Position numbers and translations under genes: made by a program
Assembly (NCBI GenBank): GCA_963664295.1
Contig: OY760935.1
Location: forward strand, 1,024,001 to 1,088,000
Direction of reading: 5' to 3'
From: Candidatus Altimarinota bacterium
GTDB taxonomy: Bacteria; Patescibacteriota; Gracilibacteria; CAIRYL01; GCA-016699755
DNA length: 64,000 bases
The notes under the pieces: model-generated
Databases searched by the model: none
What the model saw: the letters and a program-made list of their open reading frames with translations, nothing else
Told to the model about the DNA's origin: nothing
Shown: in pieces, positions 28,786 to 38,150 of the stretch
Layout of the letters: each line of letters begins with the position of its first letter
Numbering within the stretch: position 1 is the stretch's first letter

Positions 28786-30072
28786 ATGAGCTTTATTGCA
28801 GATTTACATATTCACTCAAAATATTCTCGTGCTACTTCAAAAGAAATGAATGTGGTTAGTTTGACAAAATGGGGACAAATAAAAGGAATTAATTTAATTG
28901 GCACTGGTGATTTTACTCATCCGCGCTGGTTTGAAGAAATGGAAGAAAAACTAGAGCCGGCAGAGCCAGGATTGTTTAAATTAAAAGATAAATATGAAAA
29001 GGAGATACAAAAAGAAGTTCCTTCTTCTTGTGTTTCGCCTATGCGTTTTATTTTAAGCTCAGAAATTAGCTCAATTTATAAAAAAAACGACAAGGTGCGT
29101 AAAATACATAATTTAATTTACGCACCAAGTTTTAAAGAAGCAGGAAAATTAAACGCAGAGCTGGGGAAAATAGGCAACATTGTTTCTGATGGTCGTCCAA
29201 TTCTTGGCTTAGATGCAAAAAAATTATTAGAAATAATGCTAAGTATTTCCGAAGAAATGATGTTTATTCCTGCTCATGCCTGGACTCCGCATTTTTCTGT
29301 TTTTGGCTCCAAGTCCGGTTTTGATACTCTTGAAGAAGCATTTGAAGAATTAACTCCATATATTTATGCGCTTGAAACAGGTCTTTCTTCTGACCCACTC
29401 ATGAACTGGCGCTTGTCACAAATTGAAAATTTAACCTTTATTTCTAATTCGGACGCACATTCACCAAGGAAATTAGGTAGAGAAGCAAATATTTTTGACA
29501 CAGAGTTAAGTTATTTTGCAATTATGGATGCAATTAAGAAAAATGATTTAGAAAAATTTCCAGCTACAATTGAATTTTTTCCAGAAGAAGGAAAATATCA
29601 TTTAGATGGGCATAGAAATTGTAATGTTTGTATGACCCCAGCAGAAACTAAAAAAAATAATTATTTATGTCCAAAGTGTGGCAAGCCGTTAACGGTTGGC
29701 GTGCTTCATCGCGTTGATGATCTTGCAGATCATCCAGAGGGCTATAAACCAAAAAAAGCCAGACCTTTTCATAGTATTGTACCTTTGGTGGACATAATTT
29801 CTGAGCTTGAGAAAGTTGGACCGCAAAGTAAAAAAGTAGAAAAAATTTATTTTGATTTAATAAATAATTTAGGAAATGAATTCAAAATTCTTCTTGATGT
29901 ACCAATTCAAGAAATACAAAAATATTCTTCGCCAATAATGGCGGAGGCAATTCAAAGAATGCGCGATGGTCATATTGTTTTACATGGAGGCTATGATGGT
30001 GAATTTGGTGTGGTGAAAATTTTTAGTGATGATGAGAAGCTTAAAATTACAGGACAGCAGAAACTTTGTTAA
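28786..30072 (+). CDS. Endonuclease Q family (PHP + Zn finger) protein
   Basis: ADLHIHSKYS, GTGDFTHP, PAHAWTP, ETGLSSDP, SNSDAHS, GKYHLDGHR.C, CPKCG, GYDGEFG. Confidence 0.88.
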   Translation: MSFIADLHIHSKYSRATSKEMNVVSLTKWGQIKGINLIGTGDFTHPRWFEEMEEKLEPAEPGLFKLKDKYEKEIQKEVPSSCVSPMRFILSSEISSIYKKNDKVRKIHNLIYAPSFKEAGKLNAELGKIGNIVSDGRPILGLDAKKLLEIMLSISEEMMFIPAHAWTPHFSVFGSKSGFDTLEEAFEELTPYIYALETGLSSDPLMNWRLSQIENLTFISNSDAHSPRKLGREANIFDTELSYFAIMDAIKKNDLEKFPATIEFFPEEGKYHLDGHRNCNVCMTPAETKKNNYLCPKCGKPLTVGVLHRVDDLADHPEGYKPKKARPFHSIVPLVDIISELEKVGPQSKKVEKIYFDLINNLGNEFKILLDVPIQEIQKYSSPIMAEAIQRMRDGHIVLHGGYDGEFGVVKIFSDDEKLKITGQQKLC

Positions 30073-30125
30073 TCTTGATAAATAGCCTTAATTAGGGCAG
30101 GATTTTAAAGAATTTTTAATTTAAA

Positions 30126-31550
30126 ATGAAAAAATTTTTAATATTGATCATAATTATTTTATTGTTTGGACTTGGAATTTGGATTTTTTATCCAAATGTT
30201 TTTGATTTTTTAAAAATTAACGAACCAGAAACTGGGAGGTCAGTACCTGTTCAGCAAGAGCCAGAAAACACAGAATCAGAACCAGAGCTAATAGTAGAAG
30301 AAAATTTAACACTAGAAGAGTATATGACAGCGGGTCAAAGATATTTTGCGCAAGGTTATTTAACATTGGCTTCAAATAATTTTTCACAAGCCGTAAACAC
30401 AGATAGTTCCCACAAAGAAGCACACTTACAGCTAATAAAAACTTTTATTGCGCTTAGAGATTTTGACTCAGCAGAAGCATCTTGCGTGCAGGCTTTAGAG
30501 GTTTTTCAAAAAGATCAGGACTTAACTCTGTTATTAGGTGAGGTTTATATTCAACAAAGTAGATTTGAAGATGCCAAAACAACTTTTAATTCTTTAGCAG
30601 ATACTGTTGCAGAAAAAAAATATTATTTAGGTGCTCTATTTGCTTTTGAGGGTAATCACGAAGAAGCAAAAGTTTTATTAAAAGAAGCTCAGTCATCAAA
30701 AATGCAACTTCAAGCCGATGTTTTACTTGGTGCTTATAGTGAATTTGATTTATTTCCTGATGGTAGCCAACTTCATCTAAAATTATTAATTGCCAAAGCT
30801 TTTGACCAACTTGGTCTTTACGAAATGGCAGTAAAAAACACCAAAGAAATATTAAAAGAAAAAGCTAATTATCGTGATGCCTGGTTGTTATTAGGTCACT
30901 CTTACTTAGCCTTAGAAAAATACGACTTTGCAAAAAGTGCTTTTTTGCAAGGGCTTGAGCTTGATCCAACTAAGCCAGAGACTGCTTATTTTTTGGCACT
31001 CACAGAAGCAGAATTAAAAAATAATTCTTCAGCACTTGAATATATGAATAAGGCATTATTAAATGGTTATGAACCAAAAAAAGATGTCCTCGTTAAACTT
31101 GGTGAATATAATCTTAATGATCAGAAATATTCTGATGCAGTTAAATATTACGAAGAAGCATTAGGTGAAAATCCACAAAGCGTAAATGATTTTATAAGAC
31201 CTATTTGGATATCTATTGATTATTTAAATGACCCTGATGAGGCTTTGCGCTTGGCTGATATGGCTCTTGAAAAATATTCAGAATTAGCGATGGCACATAA
31301 TCTTCAAGGTTGGGCATATCTTGCTGGTGATGATTTTGATAATGCTGAAATTGCTCTAAATAAAGCTTTGGAAATAGATAAAAAAATGGCGGGCGCTTAT
31401 CTTAATCTTGGTAAACTTTATGAAAAAAAAGGCGAAAAAAGTGAAGCTCTTAAAAACTATAAAATCGCCTATGAAATTGATCCAAGTTCTTCTATAGGCG
31501 AAACTGCTGTCTTTTTGTATAATGATTTAGTTGCTAGGGAGCTTAATTGA
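30126..31550 (+). CDS. Membrane-anchored TPR repeat protein
   Basis: N-terminal TM followed by multiple TPR motifs (e.g. AWLLLGHSYLALEKYDFA, AYLNLGKLYEKKG). Confidence 0.85.
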   Translation: MKKFLILIIIILLFGLGIWIFYPNVFDFLKINEPETGRSVPVQQEPENTESEPELIVEENLTLEEYMTAGQRYFAQGYLTLASNNFSQAVNTDSSHKEAHLQLIKTFIALRDFDSAEASCVQALEVFQKDQDLTLLLGEVYIQQSRFEDAKTTFNSLADTVAEKKYYLGALFAFEGNHEEAKVLLKEAQSSKMQLQADVLLGAYSEFDLFPDGSQLHLKLLIAKAFDQLGLYEMAVKNTKEILKEKANYRDAWLLLGHSYLALEKYDFAKSAFLQGLELDPTKPETAYFLALTEAELKNNSSALEYMNKALLNGYEPKKDVLVKLGEYNLNDQKYSDAVKYYEEALGENPQSVNDFIRPIWISIDYLNDPDEALRLADMALEKYSELAMAHNLQGWAYLAGDDFDNAEIALNKALEIDKKMAGAYLNLGKLYEKKGEKSEALKNYKIAYEIDPSSSIGETAVFLYNDLVARELN

Positions 31551-34500
31551 TTTTTGATTCAAAAAGTAAATCTTCTGATAAATTAAACAAAGGAGGTGTG
31601 TTGTTTTTAATTTTTTCGTCGTAAGTAATTACTACTGAAGTGAACTTAAATTTATCTTCTATATCCAAAGCTCTATCTGCATCATTGCCACTAAATTTTC
31701 TTAGATTGATTAAGTCAAACCTTGTTGCGGTTTTTGTTTTTTCTTCAAGAGAACAGATGTCTTGTGCAAATTCTGCATAAGTACATTCACTTGGCATCCA
31801 TAAGAATTCATAATTTGGGATTTTTGGATCATCTTCATCTGCAACATTTGTATTTTCTGATCCACCAATAGTATTTCTACTCATAACAGTTCCTTTAATA
31901 AATAATTGCTTATTAAGTTTTGTGTCGAGATCATTTCTAAATTCATCGAATGGGGCATTGTCAAATGACATAATTGAACCCTCTGCTATTATTGAAGCTT
32001 TAATGTTTGTCACACCTGGGTTAATTAAGAAATTGCCTGATTTATCTTGATTAAATGAAGGATTAGAAAGATAAGTTGGTGTCTTAAGAACAATAATTCC
32101 CAAATTGCCACCATCAGTCATTTTTTGACCAATTCCATTAACAATATTTCCTTTTAGGTTTACATTACCACCGCTCACAATAATTGTGTAAGCTTTGCTG
32201 TTTGGTATCTCAAGGTCACCATTGATATTTAAGGTGAAATCTTCTCCGTGGAACCAGGCAATTTTGCCATTTTCAAGAATTTCTGCTTTTTCTTGTCCAG
32301 GCAAAGGATTAAATATGTCGTCCCAATTATTTACTGTCACGCTTGAGCCAGCAATATGATCATCAAGAGATTTTTGCCCCTTGGTTGCAGAAGCAACATT
32401 TCTTTTGATTAACTCTGACATGTCTGTAAACGCAGATATGCTTCCTGTTTCAATAAATCTTGTTTTTGCTGGATTAGAAATAGAATCTTCAACTACATTT
32501 TCTCCTGCTGCTAAGCCTTCAATAGAAATTTTTCTATCAATTAACGAGCCAGCACCTTCTTCTATAATCAGCTGATGTTTTACTTCTTCACTTCCGTCAT
32601 TATCATAGCTAACAAAAATATTCATTCTTGTGCCAATATCCATGCCAGCGATTGCATCTTCATCAAGAAGAGACTGCTCTGTTGCTAAAGTGAAGTAATT
32701 TGTTGTGCCATAAGGCCATGTAATAGAATGTGGTGCGTTCATAAGTTCTGTACTCATAATTCCGCTTTCAATTCCGTTAAATGTAAATGGATTATTAAAA
32801 CTATAATTCTCACTAGCTTCTTCTAAGTAGCTTTGTAGAACACAATCATTATGGCAATAGCCAGGCAAAGGATTACTAGCACCTTCTGTGCCATCATAAG
32901 AAACTGTTGTCACATTGCCGTCATTGTCTATGTCAACAAGACGAGTTTTATTATAAACAATACTAGCTATATCCTGTCCATTGTTTTGATCATAGGCAAA
33001 CATTTCTGCCAAAATATCAGCTTCTTCTATTGTTTTACTTTCATCACCGTCATCGTTATTAACAACTGTGAAGTTTATAATTGCATCTTCATCATTATTG
33101 AAGATAATATTTTCGAATTCCATTGGAGCACCATTTTCATCCACTAGCTCTCCTGCAAGCATGGCTTTGAAATCAACGCTCCTGTTAAGCATTAATTTAC
33201 AATCATTTTCATTATCACAAGAGCCGACCTCACCAAATCCTGGTTCGTTTATGATAACAACTTCAATGTTTGCCAAGGCTAAAGTATTATCAGAATTATC
33301 ATTAGTTTCTTGATAATAAGTTGGTGCAAATGAAGTGACATCAAAAATAATTGGATTACCATCAGGATCAAAAGTGACCTCATCATAATTGCCATTACGC
33401 ATTTCGAGATTTGCTCCAATATAATCATATTCAACAGGTTCACCATTATCAAATTCAGGTTTTGAATATTGATCATAATCAACAGTGTTCAAGAAATTTG
33501 CTTTTACAAAAACTGTTTTTAGTGGATCACCTTCTCCTGGTCCAGCTTGAATAGTTTCTGAAACAATTGGATGACCAAACTCATCACGAACATCAAGAAG
33601 TAGTCTATAATAATCTTCGCCATTCGCATAAGGATCATCTGTAGGCTCTGTGAACACATAAGTATTTGTTTGTGTAAAATCAGGAGCTCCAGCAACTACT
33701 TGTATGGTGTGGCGTGGAAGTTCAAGTAAATTACCAGCGCCATCAGTAACATTGCCAATAATTTCATAAATACCTAATTGTGTTGAAATATCTGTACCCA
33801 ATAAGCCATCAGTTGGTGATAAATCAAGTCTAAGTTCTTTAAAATAACAATCTTCGTCTGGATCGCTAGCACAACTTGCAATGGCGTCTTCACAAACAAT
33901 TTGATATTCTTTATTGTCACTAGCTTGAATTTTATTTTCTTCGTCAGAATTATCTGGATCGTAATAAATTAATTCCATGTCTATATTTTCATTGTTTGTA
34001 TCAAGTATTCCTCCTGGGCAATAAAAACCACTATCACCATCAATTTCTTCTATTGCTAGCAAGATTGTGTCTTGATTGCGTTTTGCTGAAAAAACATAGT
34101 TTTGCGTGTTTTCAGGGCTAGCCACAGGTGGATTAGGATCAGGTATCCATTCACCAACAGCAAAGAAATTGATCATAGCATTATCGCCTGATATTGTTTC
34201 ATATCTATTAAAATCAACCCAGCCAATTGAATCATTCCAAGCATAACCCGCAAATCCACCGTCGTTCATAATGTTTACTTGTAGTTTTTCAACATTAATT
34301 GAAGGAGGTATAAATCCGCATTGTGCAGGGAATTTGTCACAAATATAACTTTGGTCATTAAAATAAAGATAGCCACCAAAATCTTGTAACCATGCTTTTC
34401 CGCTTAGTTCACCTCTTTTGCTGTTTTTAACTGCAAAGTCATTAACATCACAAATATATTCATCATTGATTTCAATTAAGCCATCATTGTTCATATCTCC

Positions 34501-36933
34501 GCTTATTTTACAGTTCATGCGGATTTTTCCTAAGTATTGATTCCAGGCATAACCCAGAAGCTCAGTTTCATTAATATAAACACCAAGACCTTTTGGATTA
34601 AAATCAACCCAGCCTATGCTCATATCGTTGAGCATTTCACTTATATTATAAGCAAATCTGTGTAGTCTTTTTTCTTCATCAGTGCCTGGAAATCTAATAT
34701 TTTTTGTTCCAATATTACCAAATCCATCATCACTAATTTCAAGTAAATTAAAACTCCAAGGGGCATCTTGTTTGTTCACACTTTCACCATCTTGATCAGT
34801 AATAACAACTTGCCAAAAGTAAGCTTTTCCTCTTTCTAAAGGTGTATCTACAATAAATTCATATTCTCCTTGACCAATATTTTCTTTAAGCCCTTCCCAG
34901 TCGGTAAAATTTAAACCACTATCTTCACCGATTTTTGCATGAGCTGTAAAATTATTGCCTTGCTCATCATCTGTAAATTCAAATTTTATTACTGGAGTTG
35001 TGTCATATGTATCTGATCCATTATTAATTATTGCTCCTGCACCTTCAATCCAAATCATTTCATCATCAAGAGTAGGAGCTCTGTTTGCGACTGTAAAATT
35101 ACAGGTTTTTGTTTTTAAGTTATCATTACTATCAAGAACTTCAATTTTCCATTTATAATTATTAGTCGCAAAAGAATCAGCACTTGAAACCTGATGAGTC
35201 ACATTGTTTTCACTTGCTGTTGTGTAAGCAGTTTCAACTTCTGGTGAACTAAAATCATTAGACTCATCAATTTTTATGCGCCATTTATAATCTTGATTGT
35301 TTGGTTCAGTTATTTCTAGTGCTAATTCAGGAGTTCTGTCATAAACTGTCTCACCATCTGCAGGGTAAGCACAATTAATCTCAGCAGTAGGAGTTGTAAT
35401 AGTAAATTCTCTCAGGTAGCTATCAACTTTATTTGGTGTGTCATCATCGTCAGAAGTTTCAATTTGCCATCTATAACTTCCGTTAGTAAGTTCTGTAATC
35501 TGAACAGAGCTACTAACTGCATTTTGATCAATAATTGTTGAGTTTATAGTTTTTTCTTTAAATGTTTCCCAAATATCATCATCAGAATTATATTTTTCTA
35601 TTTTCAAAATAGAGCTTAAAGTTGTTCCAGGCTTATCTTTTATTGTAAAATTAAATTCATTAGTATAATTTGCAATTACCGCTCCACTGGAAGGTGTAAT
35701 TAAAATAACCTCAGGATCAGCTTTAATAGTAAATTCTTGTATATCAGAATAATCAGAACAAGTTTCATCTCCTTTGGTGCAAACTCGCCAGAAATATGTT
35801 TTTCCATCTTCTAATTCTGGAGTTGTATAAGAATAACCAGTAACTTCCTCTGTCACAACAGGATTGCTCCAGTTTATATCAGAAAGAGAAATTTCCACCC
35901 TAAATGTAGGCTGATTTATTTCAATAGTCTCAAAGTCAATCCAGCCAAAATTTTCACTCCACGCATGACCATGACTTTTTCCATTTTCATCTATGCAAAC
36001 ATTGAAATTATTTTCAATCAAAGAAGCTCGATTTACACATTCAAGTTCATTAACATTACAAGCACCTGCTCCTTGAGGAACATCTACCATGTCTTCACAT
36101 GAAAAATATATCCAACCAGCACCCTCTGCCCATGCTTTTCCAGAGAGATTATTGATCACAATATTTTCACCATTTTTTTCAACGGTTTTTTTGTTTGTGA
36201 CAATTCCAAAATCATCATCAATATTTGTTGACCCTGGTTCGCCATCAGAATCGAGAATAATCCAACCACTAGTTTCAGACCAAAGATGACCAACTAATCC
36301 ACTATTATATAATTTAGTTGCTATTTTTTCATTGTCGTGATCAGCAATAATTTGTCCAAGATAGTCACTAGCAATTTCGCCAGCAGTACCAAAGCCAGCT
36401 GTTTCACCAGAGAAAAATAATTCTAATTCTGTGTCGTATGTTTCTTGTCCATTATTTAATTTTTCCTCAAAAGCTTCTTGCCAAATATCTTCATTTTGTG
36501 GAGCTTGTGGTTCAAAAACAATATAATCACCTCTCACAGTAGCCAATAAATTACCGCTTTCACGAACATCAATATCAAAATGATAAATTCCATTTTCTAT
36601 TCCGTTTGCTGAAGTTAAATAAAAAGGCATTGAAGCAGTAGAATTTTCAGCAATAGTTAAAAAATCACTGTCAAATTCATAGGCCCAACCAGTAGGAACA
36701 GAAGATGTTAAATCAACAGTAATTTCTTCGCTACTATTATTAGTGACATCAACTTGGTATTCTATTCTTTGTCCCTTTTTTCCAATATTTTTAATTGGAT
36801 CAATGCTAACTTGATATAAGCTTAAAGCTCTAGTGGTAATAAAAGCACATAAGCTCAAAGCAATAATAGCAATAGCAATAAAAACAATATTTTCTATTAG
36901 AAAAGCCTTATTTATTTTTATTTTTTTATTCAT
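31543..36933 (-). CDS. Giant acidic cell-surface protein with G.AW....GWI.F repeats and Ig/Fn3-like domains
   Basis: 1796 aa, N-terminal TM, about 7 AW/GW repeats in two clusters, Y.W.V Fn3-like motifs, C-terminal YD...PP.F. Confidence 0.85.
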   Translation of the reverse strand: MNKKIKINKAFLIENIVFIAIAIIALSLCAFITTRALSLYQVSIDPIKNIGKKGQRIEYQVDVTNNSSEEITVDLTSSVPTGWAYEFDSDFLTIAENSTASMPFYLTSANGIENGIYHFDIDVRESGNLLATVRGDYIVFEPQAPQNEDIWQEAFEEKLNNGQETYDTELELFFSGETAGFGTAGEIASDYLGQIIADHDNEKIATKLYNSGLVGHLWSETSGWIILDSDGEPGSTNIDDDFGIVTNKKTVEKNGENIVINNLSGKAWAEGAGWIYFSCEDMVDVPQGAGACNVNELECVNRASLIENNFNVCIDENGKSHGHAWSENFGWIDFETIEINQPTFRVEISLSDINWSNPVVTEEVTGYSYTTPELEDGKTYFWRVCTKGDETCSDYSDIQEFTIKADPEVILITPSSGAVIANYTNEFNFTIKDKPGTTLSSILKIEKYNSDDDIWETFKEKTINSTIIDQNAVSSSVQITELTNGSYRWQIETSDDDDTPNKVDSYLREFTITTPTAEINCAYPADGETVYDRTPELALEITEPNNQDYKWRIKIDESNDFSSPEVETAYTTASENNVTHQVSSADSFATNNYKWKIEVLDSNDNLKTKTCNFTVANRAPTLDDEMIWIEGAGAIINNGSDTYDTTPVIKFEFTDDEQGNNFTAHAKIGEDSGLNFTDWEGLKENIGQGEYEFIVDTPLERGKAYFWQVVITDQDGESVNKQDAPWSFNLLEISDDGFGNIGTKNIRFPGTDEEKRLHRFAYNISEMLNDMSIGWVDFNPKGLGVYINETELLGYAWNQYLGKIRMNCKISGDMNNDGLIEINDEYICDVNDFAVKNSKRGELSGKAWLQDFGGYLYFNDQSYICDKFPAQCGFIPPSINVEKLQVNIMNDGGFAGYAWNDSIGWVDFNRYETISGDNAMINFFAVGEWIPDPNPPVASPENTQNYVFSAKRNQDTILLAIEEIDGDSGFYCPGGILDTNNENIDMELIYYDPDNSDEENKIQASDNKEYQIVCEDAIASCASDPDEDCYFKELRLDLSPTDGLLGTDISTQLGIYEIIGNVTDGAGNLLELPRHTIQVVAGAPDFTQTNTYVFTEPTDDPYANGEDYYRLLLDVRDEFGHPIVSETIQAGPGEGDPLKTVFVKANFLNTVDYDQYSKPEFDNGEPVEYDYIGANLEMRNGNYDEVTFDPDGNPIIFDVTSFAPTYYQETNDNSDNTLALANIEVVIINEPGFGEVGSCDNENDCKLMLNRSVDFKAMLAGELVDENGAPMEFENIIFNNDEDAIINFTVVNNDDGDESKTIEEADILAEMFAYDQNNGQDIASIVYNKTRLVDIDNDGNVTTVSYDGTEGASNPLPGYCHNDCVLQSYLEEASENYSFNNPFTFNGIESGIMSTELMNAPHSITWPYGTTNYFTLATEQSLLDEDAIAGMDIGTRMNIFVSYDNDGSEEVKHQLIIEEGAGSLIDRKISIEGLAAGENVVEDSISNPAKTRFIETGSISAFTDMSELIKRNVASATKGQKSLDDHIAGSSVTVNNWDDIFNPLPGQEKAEILENGKIAWFHGEDFTLNINGDLEIPNSKAYTIIVSGGNVNLKGNIVNGIGQKMTDGGNLGIIVLKTPTYLSNPSFNQDKSGNFLINPGVTNIKASIIAEGSIMSFDNAPFDEFRNDLDTKLNKQLFIKGTVMSRNTIGGSENTNVADEDDPKIPNYEFLWMPSECTYAEFAQDICSLEEKTKTATRFDLINLRKFSGNDADRALDIEDKFKFTSVVITYDEKIKNNTPPLFNLSEDLLFESKIN

Positions 36934-36934
36934 T

Positions 36935-37978
36935 TTAAAGTAATGTGATACATTCGTTTTTTATTTTTTCATCAGTAATTTTGAGGCAATATTCTTCTTT
37001 TCTCTCTTTTTTTGCCCTCAATGACCAATATAAGTTGATTTTTTCTTCATCCTTAAAACAAGCTGTTTTTATTTCTGGATTAACAATTTTTTCGCAATAA
37101 TTAACATCCCTATAAATGCGCATTGCTTGAAAATTTGCTTTATCTTTACATTTTTGTTTTAGTTCAGCGTCTATAATAGAAGCACAATTAGCAGCATCAC
37201 CTTTTTCTACTGCCTCTTTTGCCCAATCATTTTGAGTTATTTTTTTGACATTATTTTTACACGCGTCTTGTTTTGTTTGATTGCTAATTTTGTCACATAT
37301 TTCTAAGTCTAAATTTTCTTCAGCTTCTTTTGTGTATAATTCATCAACACATTCTTGGCGTAATTTATTGTCTATAATCGTTGAGCAGTCATCACTGCTA
37401 TCAGCATTTTTTGTTTGAAAATGAGCCATACATTTTGCTCTTAGGTCTTTATTTGTGATATTGCGACAATCTTCAGGAGCGCTTGCTTTTAATAAGTTTT
37501 GTTTATCAGCAATATCAAGACATTGTTCCTTTAGGGCTGAGCTTTTTATTTCTGCACATTTTTCGTAATTTTTTTGAGAAATTACAGTTTTAAGGATAAT
37601 TTGATCTGCACAATATTCAGCAGTGCTTTTGTCTTCAATTTTTTCACAAAGGGATTGATCATTGATTTCCAGGGCTTTTGCTAGCCTTACGCTGTCAAAA
37701 CATTTTTTGCGTACATCATCATTTTTAATGTCATGACAAATGTTTTCATCTGTTTGCACAAGTGCTTTTTTGAGTATTATAGAGTCAGAGTCTTCTTTTT
37801 TTACCTCTGCCTCTAGATCAACTTCTTTTTCGCTTTCGCTATCTTCAATAACAGTTTCTTCAGGGGGCAATTCATAATCAGATTGCATTTTTTGTTGCAG
37901 ATAAATGCCCAAAAAGGCTATAAGTAGCCCCAAGGCGAGCATTATTCCAACACCTGCTAGAAATTTTTTTTGGTTCAT
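36935..37978 (-). CDS. Membrane-anchored protein with nine C-x2-I-x8-C repeats
   Basis: N-terminal TM; repeats such as CHDIKNDDVRKKC, CEKIEDKSTAEYC. Confidence 0.8.
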   Translation of the reverse strand: MNQKKFLAGVGIMLALGLLIAFLGIYLQQKMQSDYELPPEETVIEDSESEKEVDLEAEVKKEDSDSIILKKALVQTDENICHDIKNDDVRKKCFDSVRLAKALEINDQSLCEKIEDKSTAEYCADQIILKTVISQKNYEKCAEIKSSALKEQCLDIADKQNLLKASAPEDCRNITNKDLRAKCMAHFQTKNADSSDDCSTIIDNKLRQECVDELYTKEAEENLDLEICDKISNQTKQDACKNNVKKITQNDWAKEAVEKGDAANCASIIDAELKQKCKDKANFQAMRIYRDVNYCEKIVNPEIKTACFKDEEKINLYWSLRAKKERKEEYCLKITDEKIKNECITLL

Positions 37979-38093
37979 TTTTGTTTTTTAGCGCGCTTAA
38001 AATTTTTATTTTTCATATAATATTAACACAAAAAAACCATTTTTACAAGATTTATTGTCTTAATTTTCTTGCATAATGCATTATAAAAAATTC

Positions 38094-38134
38094 TTGACTT
38101 CTAATTTTTAGCACTCTAAAATAGAGAGTGCTAG
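38094..38134 (+). promoter_or_regulatory. Sigma-70 promoter overlapped by a CIRCE (HrcA operator)
   Basis: TTGACT-N17-TAAAAT; TTAGCACTC-N9-GAGTGCTAG at 38108-38134 (one mismatch to the CIRCE consensus). Confidence 0.9.
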
Positions 38135-38150
38135 ATTTAATAAAAAATCT

